Source: Salinivirgaceae bacterium
GTDB taxonomy: Bacteria; Bacteroidota; Bacteroidia; Bacteroidales; SZUA-534
Assembly (NCBI GenBank): GCA_017551905.1
Contig: JAFZKK010000161.1
Coordinates: 127-64,126 of the forward strand
DNA length: 64,000 nt
Direction: 5' to 3'
The position numbers were made by a program, and so were the translations under genes. The notes beneath the pieces are model-generated. The model saw only the letters and a list, made by a program, of their open reading frames with translations, made no database searches and was not told the DNA's origin. Below, in pieces: positions 17,988 to 28,125 of the stretch. The stretch's first letter is position 1. Every line of letters begins with the position of its first letter.

Positions 17988-18974
17988 ATGAAACAATTGG
18001 CAATTTTGACAGCGGCCGTTGCAGCAACAATGCTGACAGCCTGCAATACCGTTCACGAGAAAATGCTTCCCACCATTTCGGGACAGGCGGGCGAGGTGGT
18101 AATCGTCATTGAGGACCAGGTTTGGAAATCGACCACCGACACCATTATCAACATTCTGAAAGCCGACGTTCCAGGACTTCCACAGTCGGAGCCGATGTTC
18201 GACGTGGTGCGGATTCCGAACAGCGCCTTCACCGAGATTTTCCAGCGCCACCGCAACATTATCAGTTGCCGCATAGCCGCCGACAGCGCCGCCAGCATTC
18301 GTGTGGCGCACGACCTTTGGGCCACGCCGCAGACGGTGATTCAGATTGTGGCCCCGTCGGCGCAAGCCTTCGAGCAACTTTTCTCTGACAACCGCGACAA
18401 AATCACAGGCCTTCTGCTCAAAGCCGAGCAAGACCGCATAATCAAGAACTACGCCACCTTCCCCGACCGTCAGGTTATGGACAAGTTGGCCAAAGCCGCC
18501 GATGTAACAATGACAATACCAAAGGGTTACACCTTCGATATGGACACCAACAACTTTGTTTGGATATCGCACGAGACGCCCGAAATCAGCCAGGGCCTGT
18601 TCGTCTATTACTACCCCTACACCGACTCGCTGATGTTCACCTACGACAGCCTGATTGCCGTGCGCAACCGTATGTGCAAGGCCTACGTGGGCGGCCCAGC
18701 CGACGGCTCGTATATGACCACCGATATGCACGAGGGCGTAACCACCTTCCGCTCGTTCACCTTCCACGGCCGCTACACCGCCGAGTTGCGTGGTCTGTGG
18801 CGCACCGAGGGCGATTTTATGGGCGGCCCCTTTGTCAGCCTAACGCAGTACGACGAGAAGCACCAGCGCATTGTAACGGTTGATGGCTACGTCTATGCAG
18901 GCAAGAAGGACAAACGCAACTATATGCGCCAGATTGAGGCGATTATGAGCACGATGGCGTTTGTTGAGGAATGA
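17988..18974 (+). CDS. DUF4837-like lipoprotein
   Basis: 328-aa ORF with lipobox MKQLAILTAAVAATMLTAC|NTV. The ISGQAGEVVIVIEDQVWKS.. start is typical of this Bacteroidetes family. Confidence 0.55.
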   Translation: MKQLAILTAAVAATMLTACNTVHEKMLPTISGQAGEVVIVIEDQVWKSTTDTIINILKADVPGLPQSEPMFDVVRIPNSAFTEIFQRHRNIISCRIAADSAASIRVAHDLWATPQTVIQIVAPSAQAFEQLFSDNRDKITGLLLKAEQDRIIKNYATFPDRQVMDKLAKAADVTMTIPKGYTFDMDTNNFVWISHETPEISQGLFVYYYPYTDSLMFTYDSLIAVRNRMCKAYVGGPADGSYMTTDMHEGVTTFRSFTFHGRYTAELRGLWRTEGDFMGGPFVSLTQYDEKHQRIVTVDGYVYAGKKDKRNYMRQIEAIMSTMAFVEE

Positions 18975-19098
18975 TTAATTGAATGATTGAAGGCATAAGG
19001 CAAATGGCAAAAGGCATAAGTGAAGTTGGTTTACGTTTACGTTTTCAGTTTACGCTTTTCAATTCACCGATTCACCATTTCACCGATTAAACGAAAAT
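18975..19098. repeat. Short-period degenerate tandem repeats (GGCAnAA heptamers, tttacg and caccgatt words)
   Basis: ggcataa ggcaaat ggcaaaa ggcataa ... gtttacgtttacgttttcagtttacg ... ttcaccgattcaccatttcaccgatt, filling the whole spacer upstream of sufB. Confidence 0.6.
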
Positions 19099-20538
19099 AT
19101 GGACACCACCAACATAATCAACGAGGTAACCGACAGCGAGTACAAATACGGCTTTGTGTCGGACATTGAGCACGAGACTATCGGCAAAGGCTTGAACGAG
19201 GATGTTATCCGTCTGATTTCGAGCAAGAAAGAAGAACCCGAATGGCTGCTTGAGTTCCGCCTGAAAGCCTATCGGCATTGGCTGACACAAACAATGCCAA
19301 CGTGGGCGCATTTGGATATTCCCGAGATTGATTATCAAGACATTATCTACTATGCCGCACCCAAACAGGCGGCAAAGCCCGAGAGCACAGAAATCGACCC
19401 CGAACTGAAAAAGACCTTCGACAAATTGGGCATTCCGCTCGACGAGCAAAAGGCGCTGTCGGGAGTGGCGTTCGATGCTGTAATGGACAGTGTATCAGTA
19501 AAAACCACCTATAAAGACGCACTTGCCGAGCGCGGCATAATCTTCTGTTCGTTCAGCGAGGCCGTCCGCAACCACCCCGACCTTGTGCGGCAGTATTTGG
19601 GCAGCGTGGTTCCGCCCACCGACAACTATTTCGCCGCCTTGAATTCGGCAGTTTTCAGCGACGGCTCGTTCTGCTATATCCCGAAAGGGGTGCGCTGCCC
19701 GATGGAGTTGAGCACCTATTTCCGCATAAACGCCGCCAAGACGGGCCAGTTCGAGCGTACGCTAATTGTTTGTGACGACGATAGTTACGTGAGTTATCTT
19801 GAGGGCTGCACAGCGCCCCGCCGCGACGAGAACCAACTACACGCCGCCATTGTCGAGATTGTGGTGATGAACAACGCCGAGGTGAAATATTCGACCGTGC
19901 AGAATTGGTATCCAGGCGACCGCGAGGGCCGTGGCGGAATCTATAATTTCGTCACCAAGCGAGGCCTGTGCAAGGGCGTCAACGCCAAACTGTCGTGGAG
20001 CCAGGTCGAGACGGGTTCGGCCATAACGTGGAAGTACCCCAGCACGGTGCTTTTGGGCGACGGCTCGTCGTCGGAGTTCTATTCGGTGGCCGTCACCAAC
20101 AACCACCAACAGGCCGACACGGGCACCAAGATGATTCACATTGGCCGCAACACCCACAGCCGCATAGTGTCGAAGGGAATATCGGCTGGCCAGAGCCAGA
20201 ACAGTTACCGAGGGCTTGTCAAGGTGTCGGCCAACGCCGACGGCGCCCGCAACTACTCGCAGTGCGACTCGCTGCTTTTGGGCGACCGCTGCGGTGCGCA
20301 CACGTTCCCATACGTTGAGTGCGCCAACAACACGGCCGTTTTGGAGCACGAAGCCACCACGTCTAAAATCGGCGAGGATCAGATTTTTTACTGCAACCAG
20401 CGCGGAATTTCGACCGAAGACGCCGTGGGTCTGATTGTCAACGGCTACGCCAAAGAGGTGCTCAACACCCTGCCGATGGAGTTTGCCGTCGAGGCGCAGA
20501 AACTGCTGCAGGTTAGTTTGGAGGGAAGTGTTGGATAA
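19099..20538 (+). CDS. sufB: Fe-S cluster assembly protein SufB
   Basis: 479-aa ORF with full-length SufB-like sequence (..[10 protein letters not shown].., ..[17 protein letters not shown].., ..[19 protein letters not shown]..), followed by sufC and sufD. Confidence 0.92.
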   Translation: MDTTNIINEVTDSEYKYGFVSDIEHETIGKGLNEDVIRLISSKKEEPEWLLEFRLKAYRHWLTQTMPTWAHLDIPEIDYQDIIYYAAPKQAAKPESTEIDPELKKTFDKLGIPLDEQKALSGVAFDAVMDSVSVKTTYKDALAERGIIFCSFSEAVRNHPDLVRQYLGSVVPPTDNYFAALNSAVFSDGSFCYIPKGVRCPMELSTYFRINAAKTGQFERTLIVCDDDSYVSYLEGCTAPRRDENQLHAAIVEIVVMNNAEVKYSTVQNWYPGDREGRGGIYNFVTKRGLCKGVNAKLSWSQVETGSAITWKYPSTVLLGDGSSSEFYSVAVTNNHQQADTGTKMIHIGRNTHSRIVSKGISAGQSQNSYRGLVKVSANADGARNYSQCDSLLLGDRCGAHTFPYVECANNTAVLEHEATTSKIGEDQIFYCNQRGISTEDAVGLIVNGYAKEVLNTLPMEFAVEAQKLLQVSLEGSVG

Positions 20539-20774
20539 AGGATTGAAGGATTGAATAATTGAAGGATTGAATGAATTAACAATTAAAAATGAAAAATTAA
20601 AAATGAAGAGTTGAGAGAGTTGATATAGTTTAGAAGTTAAGAAGTTGGGAATAGTTAATTATCTAAACAGCGAAGCGTATAAACTTCTAAACAGCGAAGC
20701 GACTCAACCTTTTTTCAACAGCGAAGCGACTCAACATTTAAACGATTCACCGATTAAACAATTAAACGATATAT
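20539..20774. repeat. Low-complexity repeat spacer inside the suf operon (octamer words plus 3 copies of aacagcgaagcg)
   Basis: ggattgaa/taattgaa/ggattgaa/tgaattaa.. octamer phase. aacagcgaagcg occurs at 20666, 20690 and 20717. It ends with ttcaccgattaaac words. Confidence 0.65.
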
Positions 20775-21530
20775 ATGCTGACAATTAAAGATTTACGGGC
20801 TTCGATTGACGGAAAGCCGATACTCAAGGGAATCAATCTGCACATTAACGCGGGCGAGATTCACGCCATTATGGGCCCCAACGGGTCGGGCAAAAGCACG
20901 CTCTCGTCGGTGCTGACGGGCAACAGCCGCTTCACTGTCGATGGCGGCGAAGTAACCTTTTTGGGCCGCGACCTTTTGGCAATGCCGCCCGAGGACCGCG
21001 CACGGATGGGCTTGTTTATGAGTTTTCAGTATCCCGTTGAAATTCCGGGAGTTAGTATGGTCAACTTTATGCGCGCCGCCGTCAACGAGAAGCGCAAATT
21101 CAACGGTCAGCCGGCCCTTTCGGCAGCCGAATATCTGAAGATGATGCGCGAGAAGAGCCAATTGGTCGAAATCGACTCGCGGCTCACGTCACGCTCTGTA
21201 AATGAGGGCTTTTCGGGCGGCGAGAAGAAGAAAAACGAGATTTTTCAGATGGCGATGCTTGAACCGCGCCTATCGATTCTCGACGAGACCGATTCGGGCC
21301 TCGACATTGACGCCCTGCGCATTGTGGCCAACGGTGTGAACAAACTCAAAACGCCCGAAACGTCGGCCATTGTCATAACCCACTATCAGCGACTGCTCGA
21401 CTACATTGTGCCCGACGTGGTGCACGTGCTCTATAACGGACAGATTGTCAAGACCGGAGGCAAGGAACTTGCACTTGAACTTGAAGAGAAAGGCTACGAT
21501 TGGATTAAAAGCGAATTCGACAACAAATAG
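20775..21530 (+). CDS. sufC: Fe-S cluster assembly ATPase SufC
   Basis: Walker [10 protein letters not shown], signature FSGGEKKK, Walker [13 protein letters not shown]. Confidence 0.92.
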   Translation: MLTIKDLRASIDGKPILKGINLHINAGEIHAIMGPNGSGKSTLSSVLTGNSRFTVDGGEVTFLGRDLLAMPPEDRARMGLFMSFQYPVEIPGVSMVNFMRAAVNEKRKFNGQPALSAAEYLKMMREKSQLVEIDSRLTSRSVNEGFSGGEKKKNEIFQMAMLEPRLSILDETDSGLDIDALRIVANGVNKLKTPETSAIVITHYQRLLDYIVPDVVHVLYNGQIVKTGGKELALELEEKGYDWIKSEFDNK

Positions 21531-21533
21531 TTT

Positions 21534-22898
21534 ATGGAAAAGGTCAATTCAGCCGCTATAAAAGACAAATTTACAGCACTTTATCGCCAGTATTCCGCCA
21601 GCATTTGCGCCGGAATGCCCGAGCCGATGAACCGCCAGCGCGAGGCCGCAATCAGCCTTTTCAGCGAGCGCGGTTTGCCCGAAAAGGGGTGCGAACGGTA
21701 CCGATTTACAGACATTATGGCCGCCTTCGGCCACACTTACGGCTATGCCATAAACCCTAATAATGAGACGGTTGACTCGAAAAAAGCCTTCCGTTGCGCT
21801 GTCCCCGGGCTCGACACCTACACCATAACCGTTGCCAACGGTTGGATTGATGCTGCCAACAGCACCATTCCCGAGGGCGTGGTTGCCACCGGCCTTGCCG
21901 ATGGCGCCCAAAGCTGCCCCGACCTTTTCGCGCAGCATTACAACCGCCTTGCCGCCGTCAAAGACGACACCACAATCAGCCTCAACACGGCCTTCGCCCG
22001 CAGCGGACTGTTCCTGTATATTCCTGACAATGTGACGATTGACAAGCCGATTCAGATTGTCAACATTCTGTCGGGCGAAAATCCGCTGATGGTGAACCAG
22101 CGCAACCTGATAGTGGCCGGCCGCGGCAGTCAGGCCAAAATCGTTTTTTGTGACCACACCCTGTCCGAGCGGCAGTTCCTGCTCAACAACGTCACCGAGA
22201 TTGTGATGCTCGACCGCTCGCAACTCGACTGCTACAGCATTCAAAACCTGAACGACCACTCGTCGCAAATTGCGTCGGTTTTGATAGAGCAAAACACTGA
22301 CAGCCAATTGCTTGCCAACACTTTGACGCTTCACGGCGGATTCGTCCGCAACAACCTTGAGGTGCTGATGAACGGCCCGCACGCCGAGGCCAACATTTAC
22401 GGTCTGTCGCTGCCCAACGGCCACCAGCATATCGACAACTTCACCTACATTGACCACGCCGTGCCCGAGTGCACCAGTTACGAACTCTACAAAAACGTGC
22501 TCAACGGCCACGCGGTCGGCGCATTCGGCGGCTATGTGCTTGTGCGCCCCAACGCGCAGAAGACCAACGCAATGCAGTCGAACAAAAATATCTGTGTGTC
22601 AAGCGATTCGCGGATGTATACTAAACCGCAACTCGAAATCTACGCCGATGATGTGAAGTGCAGCCACGGCGCCACCGTCGGCCAGTTAGACGAGAACGCC
22701 CTGTTCTATATGCGCCAGCGCGGCATTGGCGAAGACGAGGCCCGGATGATGCTGATGTCGGCCTTTGCCCACGAGGTTGTCCGCACCATTCGCATTCCAA
22801 TCCTCGCCGACCGCTACGCCGAGATGATTGAAAACCGCCTTCGCGGAAAGCAAGCGGCGTGCGGCGATTGTTTTATGAAGTGCGATAAGCGGGGTTAG
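21534..22898 (+). CDS. sufD: Fe-S cluster assembly protein SufD
   Basis: 454-aa ORF immediately after sufC. C-terminal SufB/SufD beta-helix region (..KPQLEIYADDVKCSHGATVGQLDENALFYMRQRGI..). Confidence 0.88.
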   Translation: MEKVNSAAIKDKFTALYRQYSASICAGMPEPMNRQREAAISLFSERGLPEKGCERYRFTDIMAAFGHTYGYAINPNNETVDSKKAFRCAVPGLDTYTITVANGWIDAANSTIPEGVVATGLADGAQSCPDLFAQHYNRLAAVKDDTTISLNTAFARSGLFLYIPDNVTIDKPIQIVNILSGENPLMVNQRNLIVAGRGSQAKIVFCDHTLSERQFLLNNVTEIVMLDRSQLDCYSIQNLNDHSSQIASVLIEQNTDSQLLANTLTLHGGFVRNNLEVLMNGPHAEANIYGLSLPNGHQHIDNFTYIDHAVPECTSYELYKNVLNGHAVGAFGGYVLVRPNAQKTNAMQSNKNICVSSDSRMYTKPQLEIYADDVKCSHGATVGQLDENALFYMRQRGIGEDEARMMLMSAFAHEVVRTIRIPILADRYAEMIENRLRGKQAACGDCFMKCDKRG

Positions 22899-23020
22899 AG
22901 TTTAGAGGTAAGAAGTTTAGAAGTTTAGATGGTTGATTTGTGATTCAAAAATCTACATTAAATCATAACTTCAACATTCTAAATTTTTTGCGTATCTTTC
23001 CAATCCAAAATATAACAGAT

Positions 23021-23344
23021 ATGGACACACCGACAATGACGAAACTTATAGCCGATTATTTCAAGACGCAGCCCGTATTGAAGGCGTGGCTGTTCGGCTC
23101 TTTTGCGCGCGGCGAGGAGCGCCCCGACAGCGATGTGGACATTTTGTTCGTGCCCGACCGCAGCACAGGCAAACCATTTACTCTTTTCACAATGGGCGGT
23201 ATATATATGGATTTGAAGGAGTTGCTTAACCGCGATATTGATTTGGTTGAAGAAGGTTCGCTTCGTCCTTACGCTGAAGAAACCGCCAATCGCGATAAAA
23301 TTTTGATTTATGAGAGAAAAAGCAAGAGACAAGGGGCGGCTTGA
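23021..23344 (+). CDS. mntA: MntA-like nucleotidyltransferase (antitoxin of a HepT/MntA-type pair)
   Basis: GSFARGEERPDSDVDILFV NTase motif. Overlaps the downstream DUF86 gene. Start chosen at ATG 23021. Confidence 0.7.
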   Translation: MDTPTMTKLIADYFKTQPVLKAWLFGSFARGEERPDSDVDILFVPDRSTGKPFTLFTMGGIYMDLKELLNRDIDLVEEGSLRPYAEETANRDKILIYERKSKRQGAA

Positions 23345-23669
23345 GGATATTGTCGAATATTCGAAAAACGTGTCGGAACTGATTGCAGGATACACATTTG
23401 AGCAAATGATGGCCGACAAACGGACTTATTATGCCGTGGTAAAAAATGTTGAAATTGTTGGTGAAGCTGCCTATATGCTGACAAACTATTTCAAAGATGC
23501 TCACCCACAGACACCGTGGAAAACGGTGCAAGGTATGCGCCACATTTTGGTTCACGATTATGCCAACATTGTCCCCGAAACTCTCTATGACACTGCTATA
23601 AACAGTATTCCAGAACTTCGCAAACAGGTTGAGCAATATCTTGCCGAAACCGATTGGGAGAATTGGTAG
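23310..23669 (+). CDS. hepT: HepT-like (DUF86) HEPN toxin
   Basis: 119-aa ORF with the R-x4-H-x-Y HEPN motif (MRHILVHDY). Confidence 0.75.
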   Translation: MREKARDKGRLEDIVEYSKNVSELIAGYTFEQMMADKRTYYAVVKNVEIVGEAAYMLTNYFKDAHPQTPWKTVQGMRHILVHDYANIVPETLYDTAINSIPELRKQVEQYLAETDWENW

Positions 23670-23806
23670 GTACCAAATAACCTTTCTTTTCGTTTCTTAT
23701 TTTATTAAAAATCAACCTCAACCGATTTTTTACTAAAAAATTACCCCAACCTGTTGCACATATAATTTTACCTACTATATTTGTCGTACTAAAAATTTAG
23801 GAGATT

Positions 23807-24205
23807 ATGAAAACGAAAACAGAAAACCGCAGTCAGTCGCTCACAAAGGCGGAGCTGCACCTGATGAACATTCTGTGGGACAAGGGCACGGCCACCGTGC
23901 AGCAAATTCACGACGTGCTTGCCGAACCCAAACCAGCCTACACCACCACACTTACTGTGATGCAGATTCTGACAAAGAAAGGCGTGGTCGATTTTGAGAA
24001 AATCGGCAAGGCCAATGTCTATCGGCCGCTGTTGAGCCGCGAGGAGTACATTGGCGGGTTTATGAACGAGGCCTGCGACAATGTTTTTGGCGGGTCGATG
24101 AAGTCGTTCTTCTCGTTCTTTGCCAAAAGCGAGAAAATCAGCCGCGACGAACTTGCCGAAATCCTGAAGGAGATGGATTCCAATGGTGAATCGAACAATC
24201 GGTGA
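23807..24205 (+). CDS. BlaI/MecI/CopY family transcriptional repressor
   Basis: Winged-helix N-terminus LTKAELHLMNILWDKGTATVQQIHDVL..AYTTTLTVMQILTKKGVV, followed by an M56 sensor gene. Confidence 0.85.
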   Translation: MKTKTENRSQSLTKAELHLMNILWDKGTATVQQIHDVLAEPKPAYTTTLTVMQILTKKGVVDFEKIGKANVYRPLLSREEYIGGFMNEACDNVFGGSMKSFFSFFAKSEKISRDELAEILKEMDSNGESNNR

Positions 24206-24294
24206 ATCGTTTAATCGAAAACAAAGTAGAATGGCCACCAACACCCAACACCTAATACCAAAATTTAAACACTAACACTAAAAACCATACAACT

Positions 24295-27153
24295 ATGCTA
24301 CTTATCTTTTTGAAATTCATTGCTTCGGCTGCGCTGTTATTCGCGTTCTACCGGATTGTTCTGCGCGGAAAAGCCAGCTACGCCGTCAGTCGTGCGTACT
24401 TGCTTGCACTGCCGATTGTCAGCCTGATAATCAGCGTTTTGACATTCGAGGTTTACCCGTCGGGAACCGAGTTTGCCATTGAACAGATTGATTTTGGCCA
24501 CTACACCGCGCCAGCCGCACCCGTTGAGGCCGACTATGTGCCCGACATTGCACCCACGCAAGTGACCACCGCCGCGCCAGCCGCTGTGCCGACAACCACA
24601 CCAGCCGCCGAACCCGTTGAGGCAAAGCAACCAATAGTTATCGATTGGATGGGGCTGCTGCAATGGGCGGTTCCGGCAATATCGCTGCTGCTGTTGCTGT
24701 TGGCGGTTTACCATATTGGCAAAGTGTTGGTTATCAAATCGCAAATGGATGTCGAAAACACCGCCGAGGGCTACAACTTGATTAGCTCGCCAAGTGTTGA
24801 CACGCCTTTCTCGTTCGCCAAAACCATTTTCCTGCCCACGAGCCTTAACGAGCCGGGCAAGAGCCTGATTATCCGCCACGAGAAAGCGCATATCCGCCAC
24901 CGCCACTATGCCGACGTGTGGTTTATGGAGCTGATAACCAGACTGTTGTGGTTCAATCCGTTTGTTTGGCTCTGCCGCAACGAGCTGCGCAACGTTCACG
25001 AGTTCCAGGCCGACCACGATGTGATTGCGTCCGACGTCAACATAAACGCTTATCAAACAACGCTTTTGGAGATGGTGATGAACGTGTCGAGTCCAGTGGT
25101 GAACGGCTTCAACCACTCGTTTATCCGCCGCCGCTTTGTCGAGATGAAAAAATCGACAGTGGGCACGCTCGGCCGCGTGGCGAAAATCGGCACATTGGTA
25201 TGGATTGGCGCAATGTTCTGCGCGTTCACCTTCACCGAAAAGAAGCCCGAACCGGTATCGGATGCAACCGAAACAGCCGTGCAGGCAGCCGACTCGGTTA
25301 AAACGCTCGGCCCCGGCAAATTTGTGATTGAGGGTGCTGTTGACCCGGGCATTACCGACTCGTGCTACCTGATTTATTTCGCCGACGAGAACTTTGAGAT
25401 TATTGAGAACCCCGTGGCTTGCGTGCCTGTGGTTGACAAGAAATTCCACTACGAGGTTGAACTCAACGACCTGACGGTGTGCCGAATCCGCTGCATTTTC
25501 CCGGGCGGCGAGATTTGCTCTGACTGGATTGAGACCTTTGCCGCGCCCGGCGTCACTTTCGAACTGACGGTTCACAACGGATTCTATTCGTCGTCAAGCC
25601 TTTACAACGGTTACTTGACAAAGATTCGCCGCTTGGCCGACACCTACTGCAAAAACCACCACCTGAACGACGGATTGCCCAAACCCGAAGGTTTGTATAA
25701 GACTTGGGAAAACGTGAAATACGGCAATTGGAACAATCAAAAGGTTAATAAAGTCGAATTTTGTGAGAAAAAGACCATTGTCACCCTTTCGATGTCGCGT
25801 TGGGATAGTCCCATTTCCATTTTGACTTCCGATGTCTGCTTGCGCGACACCGCGGGCAATCTTTACAAAATGCTGCACAACGAGAGCGGTGGCACACGTC
25901 GCTATCTCGACTATATCCGTGGCGCCCGCTACTCATTCGAGCCGCTGCCGAAAGGTGTAACCCAATTCGATTTAGTGCAGAAAGTCAACAAAAAGGCAAC
26001 TTTCTACAATGTGAATGGTGAAAGTCAAGAGTTTGATATAAATGATTATAATATAAACGTAATTGTGGAGAAGATTACCGAAAACCTGGCAGTCAACCAA
26101 AAACCGAACTTCACAATCACCTTTAAAACCAAGCTTACCGACGAAGTTACAGGCTTCGAAATTGTGCAGACACTAACCGATGAACGTCGGTCGCAGGACA
26201 TTCCAATTGGAGAAGTTGACCTTGACGCCAACGGCGAGGCCACTTTCAGCACCTATCTCGAAGAACCAATTTTTGCCTATATTTTTCCGGCATTTACCGA
26301 TGCGCGAAAACCCAAAAGCTATTCGATGTTATTCCCGCTCATTCCGGGCGAAAAAGCGGAGTTTACTCTTACTTCTTCAGGAAGTTATGAAGATGACAGA
26401 GAAACAGGCGTTCTCAAAATCGAAATTCCAAAACACGAACTCACTGGCAAGGGCTTCTACAAGTATTGGAACGAAGCCGAAAAGGCATTATCGAAAATTT
26501 CTAACGAAAACGCCAATGATTTTGAAAAAATGGAATTGCTTCAGAAAGAATATATGAAGCGCCACAATGACAATTTGGGATGTGTGATGCAGTATATTCT
26601 TCATTGGAGAGCCGATTACAGCGTGCTGTCGAAAAAAATTCTACAGTACCCGTTGGTGAAACAAATGAAAGAAAACGACGATGTGTGGGCAAAAGAGAGG
26701 GAAGAAGCGCGGAAACGCCAAGAGGAAGCCCGCGCCAACACCGCACCGGGTAAAATGTTCGTCGATTTGAATTTGATGAATATGACCAACACCAAAAACT
26801 GCCCGAGTCTGTCGGATATTGTGGGCAAAGGCCGGTATGTGCTCGCTCATTTCAGCTATTCTAACGACGGTGCAATCAAAGACTCTGTCGAGGCACTGTG
26901 GAAGAAACATAAAGGAGGTCAGGTTGATGTGATTGGTATCAAATGCTCCAATGTTTCGTTCGATTTCTATGACAAAACTTATAAAGATATGGGTGTCAGC
27001 TACAAACTGTATTATGACAGCTCCCACGAAGCTTCCAAATATGGACTTGGCGGCAAAGATGAAGTAATGCTCTTCGGCCCCGATGGTACAATTCTGCGCC
27101 GCGACATTGCCGCCGAGGAACTCGAAAAAGTTGTGGAAGAGGTTTTACAATAA
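24295..27153 (+). CDS. BlaR1-like M56 peptidase family membrane sensor with a long extracytoplasmic C-terminal region ending in a degenerate thioredoxin-like fold
   Basis: Multi-TM N-terminus, zinc motif HEKAHIRHRH (HExxH), an Ala/Pro/Thr-rich linker, and a C-terminal TlpA-like segment GRYVLAHFSYSNDGAIKD lacking the CxxC. Confidence 0.75.
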   Translation: MLLIFLKFIASAALLFAFYRIVLRGKASYAVSRAYLLALPIVSLIISVLTFEVYPSGTEFAIEQIDFGHYTAPAAPVEADYVPDIAPTQVTTAAPAAVPTTTPAAEPVEAKQPIVIDWMGLLQWAVPAISLLLLLLAVYHIGKVLVIKSQMDVENTAEGYNLISSPSVDTPFSFAKTIFLPTSLNEPGKSLIIRHEKAHIRHRHYADVWFMELITRLLWFNPFVWLCRNELRNVHEFQADHDVIASDVNINAYQTTLLEMVMNVSSPVVNGFNHSFIRRRFVEMKKSTVGTLGRVAKIGTLVWIGAMFCAFTFTEKKPEPVSDATETAVQAADSVKTLGPGKFVIEGAVDPGITDSCYLIYFADENFEIIENPVACVPVVDKKFHYEVELNDLTVCRIRCIFPGGEICSDWIETFAAPGVTFELTVHNGFYSSSSLYNGYLTKIRRLADTYCKNHHLNDGLPKPEGLYKTWENVKYGNWNNQKVNKVEFCEKKTIVTLSMSRWDSPISILTSDVCLRDTAGNLYKMLHNESGGTRRYLDYIRGARYSFEPLPKGVTQFDLVQKVNKKATFYNVNGESQEFDINDYNINVIVEKITENLAVNQKPNFTITFKTKLTDEVTGFEIVQTLTDERRSQDIPIGEVDLDANGEATFSTYLEEPIFAYIFPAFTDARKPKSYSMLFPLIPGEKAEFTLTSSGSYEDDRETGVLKIEIPKHELTGKGFYKYWNEAEKALSKISNENANDFEKMELLQKEYMKRHNDNLGCVMQYILHWRADYSVLSKKILQYPLVKQMKENDDVWAKEREEARKRQEEARANTAPGKMFVDLNLMNMTNTKNCPSLSDIVGKGRYVLAHFSYSNDGAIKDSVEALWKKHKGGQVDVIGIKCSNVSFDFYDKTYKDMGVSYKLYYDSSHEASKYGLGGKDEVMLFGPDGTILRRDIAAEELEKVVEEVLQ

Positions 27154-27233
27154 ATTGAGTGTTAACGTTCTATTATAAGCCCTACTCAAACCCAATGAAA
27201 ACAAACATTTTCCCATAAAATGTTTTATTCAGA

Positions 27234-27268
27234 TTAACGACGGCCAACAGCCGTCGTTAATTATTTTT
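27234..27268 (+). terminator. Rho-independent terminator after the blaR1-like gene
   Basis: 11-bp stem ttaacgacggc/gccgtcgttaa followed by ttattttt. Confidence 0.65.
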
Positions 27269-27349
27269 GGCCGTCGGCTAAACCATTCCCAACCTGCCAA
27301 CTTCTAAACTTTTTCGTATTACCTTTGCCGCAAACAAAACCGAACCGCT

Positions 27350-28027
27350 ATGCGTATCGACATTCTCACCGTTGTTCCCGAGCTTCTCGACGGGCCGTTC
27401 AGCCAGAGCATTATCGGGCGGGCCCAGAAGAAGGGCATTGCCGAGATTCACATTCACAACCTGCGCGACTACTCGACCGACAAGCACCGCCGCTGCGACG
27501 ACTACGCCTTCAGCGGAAGCGCCGGAATGGTGATGACAATCCAGCCCATTGAGGCCTGCATTGAGCACCTCAAGAGCGAGCGCGATTACGATGAGATTAT
27601 CTACACTTCGCCCGACGGCGAGATGTTCAACCAGCCGATGGCCAACCAGATGTCGCAGCTGCAGAACATTATCATCCTTTGCGGCCACTATAAGGGAATT
27701 GACCAGCGCGTGCGCGACCACCTGATTACCCGCGAGATATCAATCGGCGACTACGTGCTCACGGGCGGCGAGCTGGCTGCCGCAGTGATTGCCGACGCGG
27801 TTATCCGACTCATTCCGGGCGCCATTAGCGACGAGACTTCGGCCCTTTCCGATTCGTTTCAGGACAATCTGCTGTCGGCACCCGTCTACACCCGCCCCGC
27901 CGACTACAAAGGCTGGAAAGTGCCCGAGGTGCTGCTCTCTGGCAACGAGCGCCTGATTGAGGACTGGAAATACGACCAAGCCCTTGAACGCACACGGCGG
28001 TTGAGGCCGGATTTGTTGGGAGAATGA
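27350..28027 (+). CDS. trmD: tRNA (guanine37-N1)-methyltransferase TrmD
   Basis: [60 protein letters not shown], typical of TrmD. Confidence 0.92.
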   Translation: MRIDILTVVPELLDGPFSQSIIGRAQKKGIAEIHIHNLRDYSTDKHRRCDDYAFSGSAGMVMTIQPIEACIEHLKSERDYDEIIYTSPDGEMFNQPMANQMSQLQNIIILCGHYKGIDQRVRDHLITREISIGDYVLTGGELAAAVIADAVIRLIPGAISDETSALSDSFQDNLLSAPVYTRPADYKGWKVPEVLLSGNERLIEDWKYDQALERTRRLRPDLLGE

Positions 28028-28125
28028 AAAGGAAATATCGTTTTTTTTCATTTTTAATAGTCAAATAATCAATTCTTTGCTTTTTTTGTATTCCAAATGA
28101 CTTTTTTGTTGAACAACAAAACAAT

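Noticed and set aside
22899-23020. Looked for sufS/sufE directly downstream of sufD
   Set aside because: No cysteine desulfurase-like ORF is present. The space is taken by a repeat spacer and the MntA/HepT pair. sufS presumably lies elsewhere. I treat this as context, not as a gene loss.
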